A stretch of DNA of 64,000 nt from Catajapyx aquilonaris (Eukaryota), in NCBI GenBank assembly GCA_000934665.2, contig KZ538408.1, positions 1 through 64,000 of the forward strand. Direction: 5' to 3'. Below the pieces are notes generated by a model. It worked only from the letters and a program-made list of their open reading frames with translations. It ran no database searches and had not been told where the DNA came from. Made by a program: the position numbers and the translations under genes. Positions 1-16,397 of the stretch are shown piece after piece. The stretch's first letter is position 1, and every line of letters starts with the position of its first letter.

Positions 1-427
1 CACGTGGTATATGGACGACCCCTAAGCGGTAATAAATTAATATTACTGCCACTGCACTGGAAAGGTTCCCCTTCATCTCTTAAATATTGACAAGACACTT
101 GCTTCGCTATTTCTTGATTTGCAAATAAAGTTTGCACACTATGAAAATTGGATAGTTTCATGGGGTGGCCTTTAGCATGTATATTTACTTGTTCAGTGCT
201 CACCTATGTCGGTATAGGTGGAATTTTTTGGTGTACAACATGCTAAGCGGTGCCGGAATGGCATGACGTGATTGAAAGTTTCATTTTTATGACACGTATT
301 ACCTTAAATATTCATTAATGAATTTTCTTATTTGTGGCCAAGTACACCCTGCCGGCCAACGTTACCCCGTTTGACGGTACTGCAATAATACGGACAAAAA
401 TGGCGGTCGAAAAGAAACAAAATACTT

Positions 428-509
428 CGCAGCCGACAGGATTCGAACCTGCGCTCCCAGAGGGAATCCGATTTCGAGTCGGACGCCTTAACCACTCGGC
501 CACGACTGC
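428..509 (-). tRNA. tRNA-Ser (anticodon CGA)
   Basis: Reverse complement GCAGTCGTGGCCGAGTGGTTAAGGCGTCCGACTCGAAATCGGATTCCCTCTGGGAGCGCAGGTTCGAATCCTGTCGGCTGCG: 82 nt, paired acceptor stem, A box, CGA anticodon, long variable arm, GTTCGAATCC B box; a TTTT run follows a few nt downstream. Confidence 0.95.
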
Positions 510-648
510 TTATGGCAGTTTACTCCACCCACTCGACCATGACCTGATTTATGAGGTTCCGACAATCGCCGCTCCGCTCCTGCCGGCGCCCCCAGTCATT
601 AGGGTCGCTGGCTGCTGAGCCGATCGGACGTGTCTGGTGGCTGCTCTC

Positions 649-2241
649 CAACGAGATATAAATAGGATCAGCCAGAAGGCGCTGGCGGCGGAAGTTCCTC
701 CATTCTCTGCCGCCATCTTGAAGGCCCATTCCGGTGGCTGGCTAGTCAATCTGCCTACGGGTGGGTGCCGAAAAAAATATGCCGAAAAATAAGTACGGTA
801 CTGCTCGGTACTGCTAGCTATCTTTAGTCATGTCTAAATGAAATAAATAGTACACTTACAATGCTCGGTAAATGTGCAGAAGGCATTCTGGACACACGAA
901 AAATGTCAAGCGAGCAGGAGGTGATTGTAAAAGAGCATTGTAAGTGTACTATTTATTTTATTTAGACATGACTAAAGATAGCTAGTGTTGGGCCCAAAAA
1001 AGCTAAGCAGCTTTTTAAAAGCTTCTTAAGAAAAAAAGCAGTACACATACTGCTTTATTGAGTTTGAGGAAAAGCTGCTTTTGGAGACAAACTGCTTTTT
1101 TGTTTTTTTCTGCCTCTGCGCTCTGCCTTGAAGCTTAAACAGATGGCGCGGAACACAGTCAAGTGAGTCAACAACACAGTCTGACTCTTCTGTAAGAATT
1201 TAATTAGCTGTTTGAATATGTTTATCTAGATATTTCTCCTTCCTGTTTCCATACGTACAAAATAACCTGCGGCATTGCGAGGCAATGTGAGAAATTTCTT
1301 TATAAAATAAGTTTGAATTCTTTCTATTTCATGTGTTCGGTCCAGTGCCCAAACCGCGGCACTGTAGGTTACAACTGGTATTATTTTAGCATCTAACAAT
1401 TTGAACGCCCTTTTTATATCCATCACCTTCAAGTTTACTAGTGTGGGTCACATACCGGATATCGCCGATATCACTTTTGTCACTGGCCGTACTTGTTTAT
1501 GCAGCAATTGGAACTCCCAAGTATTTATACATGATGTTTTAATATCAAATAGATAAAATAAAAGTATAAAACGTCACGGAGCTACTTTCAGTACTTTCAT
1601 TACTTTGTGTCTTTGTTTAAACAACTTTCGTAAAAACTGCTTTTTAAAGCGTTTTTTTGTAAGCAGTTACTACTGAAGCTGCTTTGTAAAAAAAGCAGCT
1701 TTTGCACAACACGAAAGATAGCTAGCAGTAGCCTACCGAGCAGTACCGTACTTATTTTTCGGCATATTTTTTGGCACCCACCCGTAGGCAGATTGACTTG
1801 CCAGCCACCGGAATGGGTCTTCAAGATGGCGGCAGAGAATGGAGGGACATCCGCCATCAGCGCCTTCTGTCCAGGACACAGGTATTAACCTACCGTATTC
1901 GAGGAGTGTCATAGGCCTGAATAGGATAGAGGCCGTAAAGGTCGGCCATCTTTGATGCAATTGGCGGCCATGACACTTCACGGCAAGAACTTTGAAATTG
2001 TCGTATTTCTAACCCTGTTCTCCTCGGTCTACACTCCTGCCTCCTGGCGGGGCTGGGAATAAAATGCAGTCTGGTGAAAGTCACCATTTATTCCCAGTCC
2101 CGCCAGGAGGCAGGAGTGTAGACAGAGGAGAACAGGGTTAGAAATACGACAAATTCAAATTCGCGCGTGTTCTTGCCGCCAAGTGCATGGCCGCCAAAGA
2201 AGGACGACCTTTACGGCCTCTACCTTATTTATATCTCGTTG
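649..2241. mobile_element. Composite non-autonomous DNA transposon (P-element-like) built from palindromic modules
   Basis: TIRs CAACGAGATATAAATAGG / CCTTATTTATATCTCGTTG; exact 8-bp TSD CTGCTCTC at 641-648 and 2242-2249; internal inverted repeats ~670-810/~1735-1868, ~812-985 and ~1920-2230. Confidence 0.8.
1200..1535 (-). mobile_element. LINE (RTE-X-like) reverse transcriptase C-terminal fragment
   Basis: YKYLG motif (~1515-1530) followed by KRAFKLLDAKIIPVVTYSAAVW...IERIQTYFIKKFLTLPRNAAGYFVRMETGR; similar to the LINE pieces at 10-11 kb and 21-23 kb. Confidence 0.7.
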
Positions 2242-2344
2242 CTGCTCTCCCTTTCGTTGGGATTTAGCGGGAGGGGTGTCCGCCTGCTTAGCTTAGCTCC
2301 CGCGCATTGGTGTTTGCACGGGGAGAGGTACGTCCACCAGATTT

Positions 2345-2402
<58 letters not shown>
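2345..2402 (+). repeat. (CTA)n microsatellite, probably the tail of a short retro-insertion
   Basis: About 19 CTA units; produces spurious poly-L and poly-S ORFs. Confidence 0.9.
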
Positions 2403-2403
<1 letters not shown>

Positions 2404-3072
2404 TCCGTGGGGGTCATCGGTTGTGTACTCTCTCCCTACCCGAAAATATTGCTTCCACCTCTTCGTGGCGGTGTACGAAGGAGTAGACTACTATCATCCA
2501 GCGTCACCTGCATATTATCCTCTAGGTCTAGGAGGATCTCTTTCGGTGGCAGCCCCTTCTTGAGGAGATACAGAACAGAGGTGGAATGGCTGCAGATGAG
2601 CAATTCCCCCATGCCCAATATTCCTCTCTCCCGGATGTCATTATAGTCCTTCCCTTCCCCTTTCTCTTCCCCTATATGCATGATGGGTCCAACTCTACCT
2701 TTCCTGGGTAGGTCCGTACCTCCCTACCACCAAGAGCTTGCTACCACCGATTCCCAATGTGGTTTTGGACAGAGCAGGAGCTCGAGGAGCAGTTGATCCC
2801 ACCTGAAGCAAGCAGCAGGGGTAGGCCTACAAGCTACAACTACACGGTCGACATCAGAATAAGCCCATTGGCCAACAACTTCCAACTGGACATACAAGGA
2901 ATCTTCGGAAAGTAATGACCATTACCATGAAGAAGATTGCTACTAAACATTAATGTTAGACACCATGCAGAGGAAGTCCTGCTATGATCACTGGATTATT
3001 GCATCATCCCCACATGAAGCATATGAAGGTGAGAAAATTTTTGAGAGAAATGCAAATTGCAGTAAGTCTTCA

Positions 3073-4004
3073 TATGGACAGTTTTGAGCATAATGCTGTC
3101 ATCAAGTGTTTACTTTGAAGAGGATGGGCACACTGCGCATATCCATAAGGAAATAAGTCCTAAGTCTGAGGCTGTGGGGGCAGATTGTCCATCATGCTCA
3201 ATGATTACGCGAGATTGGACGAACGCTTCTAGTGTGGATAAGAGAGCCTGGAAGGTGACCCCCGCCTTGTATGCTCTGCAACTGCGGTGATGAAGTGGAT
3301 CAGATGTGGATCAGAGGAAGTGGATCAGTGGAGACCATGGTAATGGACAGGGGCGTTTGAAAGTGCGATACATAGCAGAGATCCTGGGCAGGGAGCATAT
3401 ACTACATAAGAGGCGCAAATTTCGGTCGGAGCCTTTGATGTCCGCGTCTCTCTGTTTGGGACGTTGCCAAGGCTGGCGGCCATTTTGAAACGGGGGCAAA
3501 TCCAATGAGGTATAAATAGGGTCCTACAGGCAGGGTAATGGTCCGCCATCTTTGATGGTTTTGGCTGTCATGGCAATACACGGCAAGAACACGCGCGAAT
3601 TTGAATATTTTTGCGGTATGAGCTCCTTTAATGCACTTTTCTCCGTATTAATTCCGTAAGTACGGCAAAAATATTCAAATTCGCGCGTGTTCTTGCCGTG
3701 TATTGCCATGGCAGCCAAAACCATCAAAGATGGCGGACCTTTACCCTGCCTGTAGTACCCTATTTATACCTCATTGGATTTGCCCCCGTTTCAAAATGGC
3801 CGCCGCCTTGGCAACGTCCCAAGCAGAGAGACGCGCAAATCGAATGTTTGCGCCTCTTATGTAGTATATGCTCCCTGTCCTGGGAATCAATTTGGTGCTG
3901 TGGATACCATACTAACAAGTAGTACAGTAGCGTACATCAACACCTTCAGCCTCAGCAAGGTTTCCACCCGTTGGGTACCGCGTCGTCCACTGTTTGGTTG
4001 CTAA
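3073..4004 (+). mobile_element. Mariner transposase remnant (N-terminal HTH region to WVPR motif), interrupted
   Basis: MDSFEHNAVIKCL..., SLEGDPR..., RLKVRYIAEILG, then an insertion, then GAVDTIL...LSKVSTRWVPRR; contains stops and frameshifts. Confidence 0.8.
3389..3877. mobile_element. Palindromic MITE (P-element-like) inserted in the mariner remnant
   Basis: Near-perfect ~240-bp arms starting CAGGGAGCATATACTACATAAGAGGCGC; 7-bp TSD TCCTGGG at 3382-3388 and 3878-3884. Confidence 0.85.
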
Positions 4005-4453
4005 GCATAATACTGACAGCATGATTTCCTGTCAACGATGATGAATTCTATTGGCACATAACAAATTAATACGACAATACCAACAACATTCATCCACATC
4101 CGTGGAGGATGAACAATACGGGTTAGCAATACTGTGCCTCGCAACCAAATAGTAGGACAAGTTACGATTGCTCATTGTTGTGTATGGCCATTGGCACTCC
4201 CGCCTCTCCTTGTAAAGTACTTCTTCATCTGCTGATCCACATTAGTTTTTCCTCGTGGGCTGGTGACAAAGGCTGTGTTGCAACCCTCTCATTGATGACA
4301 CCCAGCATTTCCCGGACACAATACATAACTTAGTTAAAACTCCTGAAACACATTCCGTCAGAGTTCATGAAGGTTTAGTTTGTTGGGAGAAGCCCAGGAT
4401 GCTTGCCAGGATGATGAAGGGAATGAAAAGAGGAAACGAGTGGTTTAAAAATC

Positions 4454-5461
4454 TACAGTATATATTACAGTACCTTACCCAAATCCCGTAGTCTACGCGC
4501 ACCCCAAAAAAGTGGAGGGGTGGGGTAGTAAACAAAATGTGATAAAAAATCACCCTTAAGATTATCTGAACTATAGAATTGATAATTATTATCGTAACAA
4601 TGGAGCTAGGATGGTACCAAAGTTAAAGTGAATTTGACAGTTAACAACTGAAACAAATATGATTACACTTTGGACAGTGAATTTCTGTGGAGTTCGGTAA
4701 TAATATTGCTGTTACTACGTTAATTTGTTACTTAGCAATGCATTAATTTGAATGAAGAACCTGAGGGTCCACACAAATCCACAGACTGCATTGACATTAA
4801 TTACAAAATATTTGTCGCTGAATTTAAAATGTTCATAATATTATCTCGTGTACGTTTTCGGAAATCGCTACACTTTGCTGTACTACATTTAACATCGTTA
4901 TTTATTAATAAATTAAAATGTGATGACATTTTGTATTTAGACCTCAGTCCAATGTGCTACAATAAAAAATTTCCATTCAATTAATGTGAAATGGCTTTAA
5001 ATATCCCTTCATTCAAAAATGTGCAGATAATTTCACTTCTGCAAGTCATGGAAAACGTCTTTTAAACCTGCGACAATTTTTTGTAATCAATTTAAATGCA
5101 GTCTTTGGTTTTGTGTACCCCCTCAGGTTCATCATTAAAATTAATGCCCTGCTACGTAACAAATTAACGTACCAACAGCAATTATTACCAGACCCCATAG
5201 AAATTCACTATCCAAAGTGTAATCATATTTATTTCCTTTTGTAACTGTCAAATTAACTTGAACTTTGGTGCCATCCTAGCTCCATTATTACGATTAATAA
5301 TGATCAATTCTAGAATCCAGATAATCTTAACATAGATTTTTCATCACATTTTGTTAACTACCCCACCCCTCTACTTTTTTGGGGCGCGCGTAGAATACGG
5401 GATTTGTAGTACGCACATCATTATTATCATCCAGCGTTTCCCACAGTACGAGTATACTGTA
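4454..5461. mobile_element. ~1 kb foldback element (TACAGTA termini, pogo/Tigger-like)
   Basis: Long inverted arms ~4480-4850 vs ~5050-5410; termini TACAGTATA / TATACTGTA. Confidence 0.75.
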
Positions 5462-5466
5462 TATAT

Positions 5467-7095
5467 GAGGCGCCTTCTTCCAAAACCCGACAAATCCAAT
5501 TTCCAAAAAAAATGAGTTAAGGGTGGGAATATGTTCTTCAAGATGTGTTTCATCAAGTGACGACAGAATATTAAGCAAACATCGACAAATGCGGCTGTAA
5601 TGACCCGAAGAAAAGTGGCCGATCATCCAAAACCCGACAAATCCAGGCAGGAAATTCATATTCTATGTTTCTAAAACCGACAAATCCACCGAATCATCCA
5701 TAACCCGACAAATGCAGCGTGAAGAGCTCTAGTTGGCATGGGATATCTTTCGTACGCAGACAAATCTATCTCTAAGCTACACATGGCACCACAGTGAGTC
5801 CTGCTTCCTCCCGTACGCGTTCTTTGTCAAGGCAGTCGTCTGGCAGTCAGACTACATAGGCTCCTGTTCCAAGATGTACGTGCCGGTCCATGGCCGTGCC
5901 GGACGAACCCGTGGCGGGACCCAGGTGAATGAAGACTCTACAGGGTGTTTCAGAGTCACGGGTCAAGCGCGCGCGAGGGGGTGGCGAAAAATCGTAGGTG
6001 GCGACTACCCGGGTCGGTTTTATAAAACAATTAGAAATACGGCAGTAATCCATTTATTTATTACGGCCGTATGGCGTGACGTCACATCCTTTCTGTATTC
6101 GAATTGACCCGCGGGGAGTGGCAAATGCAAGGCAATTGCATTGGGTTGAACGGGTTTTTAGCCTTGCGGGTTGCACTGAAAAAGGCGCTCTCATGCTACA
6201 CCGGCAGGGTCCTGTGCAACGTAGTGTATCAACAGTTCAAAAAGAATATTGTCCCTCGCGTCGAGCGGGCAGCCACGCGTCAGGAATCAGGATGAGAGCA
6301 ACCAGTTAACTGGTTGCTTTCATCCTGACGCGTGGCTGCCCGCTCGACGCGAGGGACAATTCTTTTTGGACTGATGAGTACTACTGTCCAGTGGTGTGTT
6401 CAGTACCCTGCCGGTGTAGCAGGAGAGCGCCTTTTTCAGTGCAACCCGCAAGGATAAAAACCCGTTCAACCCAATGCAATTGCCTTGCATTTGCCCCTCC
6501 CCGCGGGTCAATTCAGATACAGAAAGGATGTGACGTCACGCCACACGGCCGTAATAAATAAATTGATTAATGCCGTATTTCTAATCATTGTTTTATAAAA
6601 CCGACCCGGGTAGTCGCACCTACGATTTTTCCCCACCTCTTCGCGCGCGCTTGACCCATGACTCTGAAACACCCTGTATACATAAAAATACCAGTTATGC
6701 TGGTAATGCTGTTATGATACGTGACCGAAATATTCACAATGATTATCATAATCACTCCGACTCCGCTTCACACCACTTTCGGCCACGACTCTGAAGCTGA
6801 TATTCCTGTATTGGAGTCACCACTGGGTTTTCAAATTTCCTCAATGTTGCAAAAACCGCCAAATCCACTCTCTATGCAGCAAAAATCGATATATCCACAA
6901 CGACTATTCCTGAAACTACGACTTGACGATGTTGATCATTTTCGTGTAAAAGCTCATCATACGCAGCATCCACATATGTAGCAGATGGACTTGGGCCGGT
7001 CTTGTAATATTAATTAGCTTCGGCGCCACAGCTTTTTCTCAATTATCTCGGAACCATTTATCTTGGATTTATCGGGTTTTGGAAGAAGGCGCCTC
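5467..7095. mobile_element. Unclassified TIR element with repeated subterminal motif
   Basis: TIR GAGGCGCCTTCTTCCAAAACCCGACAAATCC and its near reverse complement at ~7065-7095; ACC(C)GACAAAT occurs four times between 5480 and 5715; no clear TSD. Confidence 0.7.
5941..6676. mobile_element. Tc1/mariner-type foldback MITE nested in the 5467-7095 element
   Basis: TA|CAGGGTGTTTCAGAGTCA...TGACTCTGAAACACCCTG|TA; arms pair right up to the centre GCAACCAGTTAACTGGTTGC (~6298-6317). Confidence 0.9.
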
Positions 7096-7807
7096 TAGTG
7101 TTGACTAACAACAAGTGAGAGATTAGTTACTTCTTTTGGCTTCTGGAGGATGTGATAAAAATGTGCACTTTGAGTTAAGAAGACAATAGAAAATTATATG
7201 GAAGGAACCAGTTCACACCTGCATAAGGAAACATTGGCACAAACAATCCATATTGGATGAAACAAATTTAAATATTTTATTTTATTTTTATTCTTAATCT
7301 TATTTTTTTATTTAGCAATGTACTTCATCAACAGTCAATTGCAATAAATGCAGGTACAAGATTAGTGATGTTTATTTGAATGCAATGTGTTAGATATTGA
7401 CCCCATGAAAATAGGTGTGGTTCCTTTGCCTTCCTTGTTGTAAAATGGAGGGAATTTTATTCCATATAATATTGTTGATCATCCAATCACTGATAAATTT
7501 AAAACTCAGTGATCTGCAAATAGCCATATGAAACTCTTTCACGCCCATATCACACCAATACTCATGTATAATGTGCATAATAATTATGGGGCCCAAATAA
7601 TTTCGACGTGATAAACCAGGTACAAATTTTCTCTATTAAAAAATTTCTTGGTCTTCCCAAAAACACAGCAAATTATTTTATCTATTTTTGGAAACAGGAG
7701 TACTACCCTTAACCTCGGTGTTAATAAAATCAATCACTAATAACATGCAAAAATTAATTAATCTGGACAACCAGAGGCTATATACTAGTAACAGAAGCCT
7801 ACAATAA

Positions 7808-8356
7808 TACGAGGGCAAATCAGAAAGTAATTGAAAACTTTTTAAATTCAGAAGTTGCACTAGAGAAACTGAAACAGCAACTCTTTCTCTAATGTTAGAC
7901 ATGGTCACCATACACTTTGGTGCATTTGTTCCAGCGAGACACTAGCTTTTCCATACCCCTGCAGAAAAAACCGTCAGACTGGGTGGGAATAAGTCAGTAT
8001 ATGGGATGGCCTCTTTCACTTCCTCGCTGTAGCTGAGGTCTTCAGAAGCTAGTACTTCTTTTTTTAGGCCAAAGAGGTGGTTTTACCCTGTTTTACCCAT
8101 GGTCTAACATATATCTCTTTGGGCCAATGAAGAAGCACTTGGCAGGTCAGAACGTCAGCGACATCGAGGAAGTGAAAGAGGCTATTCCTCATGGGCTCCC
8201 CACCCAGTCTTACCCCTTTTTTCTGCAGGGGTATGGAAAAATTAATGACCCGCTAAATACTTGTCCTTTCATATGTCGTATATCTCAGTTTCAGTTTCTC
8301 TAGTGAAACTTCTGAATTTAAAAAGTTTTCAATTACTTTCTGATTCGCCCATCGTA
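7808..8356. mobile_element. Mariner foldback derivative made of two 3' ends
   Basis: TACGAGGGC...GCCCATCGTA termini; internal LFGPMKKHLAGQNVSDIEEVKEAI resembles a mariner transposase C-terminus, with an inverted partial copy. Confidence 0.8.
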
Positions 8357-9204
8357 TTGCACCCTGAAAACCAACCTAGAAAATCCAACACTCAAGGAAA
8401 ATGGGATTTTTGCCTGCAAAAGCATAGTACAAAAGAACAGAGTAAACTGGAGTGACCATTTCATAGATATATTTTCAAACATTGAAACCATAAACACACA
8501 TCAAAAAACTAATATTATGAACATGCTACAGCAAACCACCAGATACACATACATATTACAGAGAAATTAAATCCAGCTTTGAACAAGAACACTACTTGTT
8601 GTATGGTTTACTGATAATACAGACTAGAATGATATGTAGTCTAAGAAATAATACAAAATTCTTACGTATGAAAGAAAGTGCTATTATACGATGACGATTT
8701 TTGTGATGGTGTAACATACAAGAACCTCTGACAGCGTACCATATAATATTATGAATGCAGATATTTTGAGGTCCCCAGAAAAAGATACTTGTATGACTTG
8801 CCCTCCCATCCTCCAATGCATTTTCATCTTCTTTTCCAAGGTATAAGAAAAAAACATATCTTCAGTCTATTTGCTTTTTTTCAAAATGTAAACAAAAGGA
8901 AAAAAGTTTTCAATGCATTAATCAAAAGTTAAGTAGAAAATGTAAATACAAACCCTATTAATGTTGTAATGTAGAAATTGGTAGCCTAATATAATTATGT
9001 GTCCCCCAAAACAGGACTAGAGTCCTGAGCAAGGGGTATATAAATAAATAAATAAATAAATAAATAAGTAAATAAATAAATAAATAAATAATTAATTGTT
9101 GAACATCATAATGTCAGTGTGCTTCCACCAATTAATTCATTAAAATCAAGCAAGTGAGATCTTGAGACAATTATTCAATTAAACCAGGTGGCAATAACAC
9201 CTAA

Positions 9205-9331
9205 GGGCCGGTTTCACCATGCCCAGTTTTGATAAAAACCCCGGTTCTTTTGGAAAATGCCTATTCTATTTGCAGGGATTTTCCGAAAGAACCGGGGTTT
9301 TTATGAAAACTGGGCTTGGTGAAACCGGCCA
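9205..9331. mobile_element. PIF/Harbinger-like MITE
   Basis: TAA|GGGCCGGTTTCACCA...TGGTGAAACCGGCCA|TAA palindrome. Confidence 0.75.
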
Positions 9332-9944
9332 TAAACCCAATTTTCAAAATCTAAATCCTCCTGCAATAGTTAAACATTGTGCCCATTTATTTTATTTGAT
9401 GTTAGGTTAGTAGCTCTTATTTTAGAGAACCTCCGAAACTGGTTACAAGTTCAAATGTAACAGCTGAATAATAAGCAGCTTATTAGTGCAATTTTCTACC
9501 ATTTCAAGGTTGGAGTTAACTTTCCTGAGGAGGATTTCCATGGACGGAAGTGCAGTGACTTTTTGCCATACTGGCAATGTGTTCTAAGCATTATATCAGT
9601 CTGTCAGCTTCAATTAGAATTATGTTTATAGCTTGTTGACTTTTTTTTGGACATGTTCATAATTTCAGCATAAATTCCGATCATGTCTACATACAAGTCC
9701 TTCTACCAATTAAGAATAAAACACACTGACTTTATTGTCATATGTATTCGGCGTCACCTTGACAATAAATATACACACTAGAGCAGTGGTTCCCAACCTT
9801 TTTGGGCCTTCACACCCTTTTGAGAGTAGTAGGTCCTTCTCGTACCCCTTACCAGGATCACAGATTTACCGAATCCTTGACATTTAACTAATCCATGATA
9901 ATCATGATATCTACCTTATAATCAATATTTTGGGACCAGGAATA

Positions 9945-11460
9945 TTCAATTCAATCAATTAAATTTTTTATAGGCTCCCTGCATCAGGCGCAGGGAGGTC
10001 CGTTTTACAGATATGTCAAATACATGATGTACATTAATTAATTATTTATTTATTTATTTATTTTTTCCTCGTCAGTGTTTGTAATTCAATTGTTATGTGG
10101 GGGGGGGGGGAGGGAGAAGAGAGAAGAACAGAAACGGGAAAAAATAGATAAAGAGCAGAGGGAGAAGCAAAAACAGCTGTTCACTTATTCAGTAGAATAA
10201 ATTTATAAGTTTATGTGCCACTTTGCTATGTATTTTAGGTAGAAGAATAGTGATTCTGTTTCTCTATGAGATGGAGCAGCAAGGACCAAATTTATACGAT
10301 TTCTTGGGACCTGAGGGAGGTTCTTTAAGAGGGTATTTCTGCCACCTTCAAACATTTAATGTGATAACAGTCTTCCAATTGATCCAAATTGCACAGAGAA
10401 CAAATTTCCACATTATCTATTTTAATCGAGTAGTTTCCTACTCCTAGGGGGATCCAATTTGCATTCGTCCTGAGACCAGCCAACATCCTAGCTGTGTAAT
10501 ACTTATTTTGTTCTGTGATGTAGTATGCAGGGAAGTATCTGAAGTTATCGTAAAAAATTGCTTTATCTTGATTTGATATATTTAGACCTCTTTAAACAGT
10601 CATAGTCGTTTCGCACTTCATTATCCAACATGGTCTGAGCCAACATAAAGTACTTTTGTGCCCAGAGTTATTCGTCTTCAGCCGCAAAATTGTCTATCAA
10701 TTGACCGTATTCATTTAAGCAACTGTCCAATTATTATTTTACCCAGTTATGCCTCCTAGCGACATGAGATATGACATCACTTTGTCTGGAAGTCTATGCG
10801 GTTTCATATTTAGAAACCGTCTAAAATATCTTAAAGCATGAAGTATCATTTTAATTTTCAATGGAGGCCTTCCAGTTTCTAAGCGTGGCAGGTAGCCTGC
10901 TGTTCTTGGCCCTGTTGCCAATAGCTTTCTAATTGGGTATATTTGGATTTTTTCTATGTCCTTCAGGAGGTTTAAGGGGTCGTCCATAAATTACGTGGAC
11001 AGGAAGGGGGGGAGGGGGTCCTCAGTTGTACACGAGTGTACATCAAGGGGGGGGGAGGGGAGCCACAATAGTATACGTATACAGCTCTTTTTTAAAAAAA
11101 ATTAATTAAAAAATAATAATGATATGATTCATTGCCTGTGACAAGGCCGAAGAGGGGGGTGCCAGGTCGACTGTACATGTAAATAAAGGGGGAGGGGTAC
11201 ATGGATTGTATACAAGTGTCCATATGGGGGGGAGGGGGGGTAGAAAATGGTGGGAAAAGTGTCCACGTAATTTATGGACGGCCCCTAAGCCCCATATCGG
11301 CATTGCATAAGTAGCAGCAGAAGTAATCGTCGAATCGATGAAGTTTAAAGTAGAAGTTATTAGTGGAGGGTTGGCATGCTTTAAAAGAGATTTGGAAGCA
11401 TTAAATTTCGATTTCGCATTTCTCGTTTTTTCTGCCAACTCATTTAGGAATTGACCAGGG
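9945..11460 (-). mobile_element. RTE-X-like LINE 3' remnant
   Basis: ATYAMPIWG, [MITE], IEKIQIYPIRKLLATGPRTAGYLPRLETGRPPLKIKM; CNLCNL..EDCYHIKC zinc knuckle at ~10350-10410; 3' stem-loop and ATTG-type tail at ~9945-10000. Confidence 0.75.
10976..11285. mobile_element. PIF/Harbinger-like MITE inside the LINE
   Basis: TAA|GGGGTCGTCCATAAATTACGTGGACA...TGTCCACGTAATTTATGGACGGCCCC|TAA. Confidence 0.85.
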
Positions 11461-11828
11461 GGAAGGGACCAGGCATATTATGAAGTGAGCATGATTAGAG
11501 TATACTTTTTCATGCTTTCTGCTATTGTCCCTAATGTCCGTCATGGGACTAGGACTGAAACTGAAACCATCCATAATTTATTTTCGGCCAAAAGTGGCCT
11601 TACCCTTTTCCCCCTCCCTCCTCTTACCCCCAGACCACCCCTTTCCCTTTAAAAAACCATTCCTAGCAAACCCATCTTTTAGGTTTAGACCTTTTCTCTT
11701 CCATCGAAAAAGTCTGTCCCTCAGTCTCAATTTGAACTCAGGGGTACTTAGCTCCGTACCCCCAGGAGGGCCGTCTCGCACCCCCTGGTGGGTACGGGTA
11801 CCCCTGGTTGGGAACCCCTGCACTATAC

Positions 11829-15562
<3,734 letters not shown>

Positions 15563-15734
15563 GCGTATATCCTTTTCAAATCTGGCCTGTTAGTGATTGG
15601 ATCCCTGCAACATAAAACGTGTGCAATGATGAGTGGGTGTAATCAGACGACTCCTTTCTCCTGCCCTTGGGTCAGCCCCTGGAGACTCCCCGGGGTCTGA
15701 TTCACCCCAGATTGAGGCAGATTCAGGTACGAAC

Positions 15735-16397
15735 CTATTATTCCAAAAATGGGGTATACAACCGTTGAAAAAAAATACGTTGTCTCCAATTTGGTGACGT
15801 CAGATCCGGCGGATACGATGCGTGCGCATCAGTGACTTTTTTCACGTCCAAAACCGTAACCACGACGCGACGAAAGCCTTGCGCGACGGTAACATATTTT
15901 TTATTGAATTATGTATTTTCATTTATTTTTATTGTATTATCCCGTTCTCAAGCTCTATGCTTGTTTATAGGTACCCACACACACTGCTTGCACACTGTCA
16001 TTTGAACTTCCCTGTTCGAACGTACCAATCGTAATTATTTTAAATGCGATGTGGCAGCATCCTTGGACAGCATCGCTTGTAATTGCATAACTAACGTCCC
16101 ATTTCTTATCAATATATTTTTATACCACTAGTTGCAATCCCCCAATCCTTAATTCTTTTGCAAAAATAAAACTATATTTCAACAACTACTTTTGCAATTT
16201 TCCGACCTGGCAACCCTGGAATTTGAAACCCGAAAAAAAAAGTCAAACTAGTTCTGTACGACGCCTATTCGAACCACTATGTTAATTTTGTTTCGAAGAA
16301 GATAGAGGGTTTTCCGGAGTATAGTATAGTTAAGGGATGTCTGCACAACCACAGCCCATACTTTGAGAGAGCAGGCAAACAACCAGCTACCATCACC
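15735..16397. promoter_or_regulatory. Putative bidirectional promoter region between the RPS2-like and SUMO-like genes
   Basis: Head-to-head ATGs 836 bp apart; CpG-rich stretch ~15790-15890; full CRE palindrome TGACGTCA at 15795-15802; candidate non-coding first-exon donor for the RPS2-like gene at ~15734. Confidence 0.5.

Larger units (their letters stand above)
520..2835 (-). mobile_element. Degenerate 3' end of a probable restriction-like-endonuclease (R2-superfamily-type) non-LTR retrotransposon, interrupted by two later insertions
   Basis: Removing 649-2241 plus one TSD copy, and ~2345-2490, joins three ORF pieces into ...GILGMGELLICSHSTSVLYLLKKGLPPKEILLDLEDNMQVTLDDSS-KIWWTYL...ERESS-HQTRP...VEWVE*. 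Upstream RPTPAACFRWDQLLL..HWES resembles a decayed RLE motif. Family assignment is by resemblance only. Confidence 0.4.

Noticed and set aside
2167..2646. 159-aa plus-strand ORF with a long poly-Leu stretch
   Set aside because: Produced by the (CTA)n microsatellite within TE-derived sequence.
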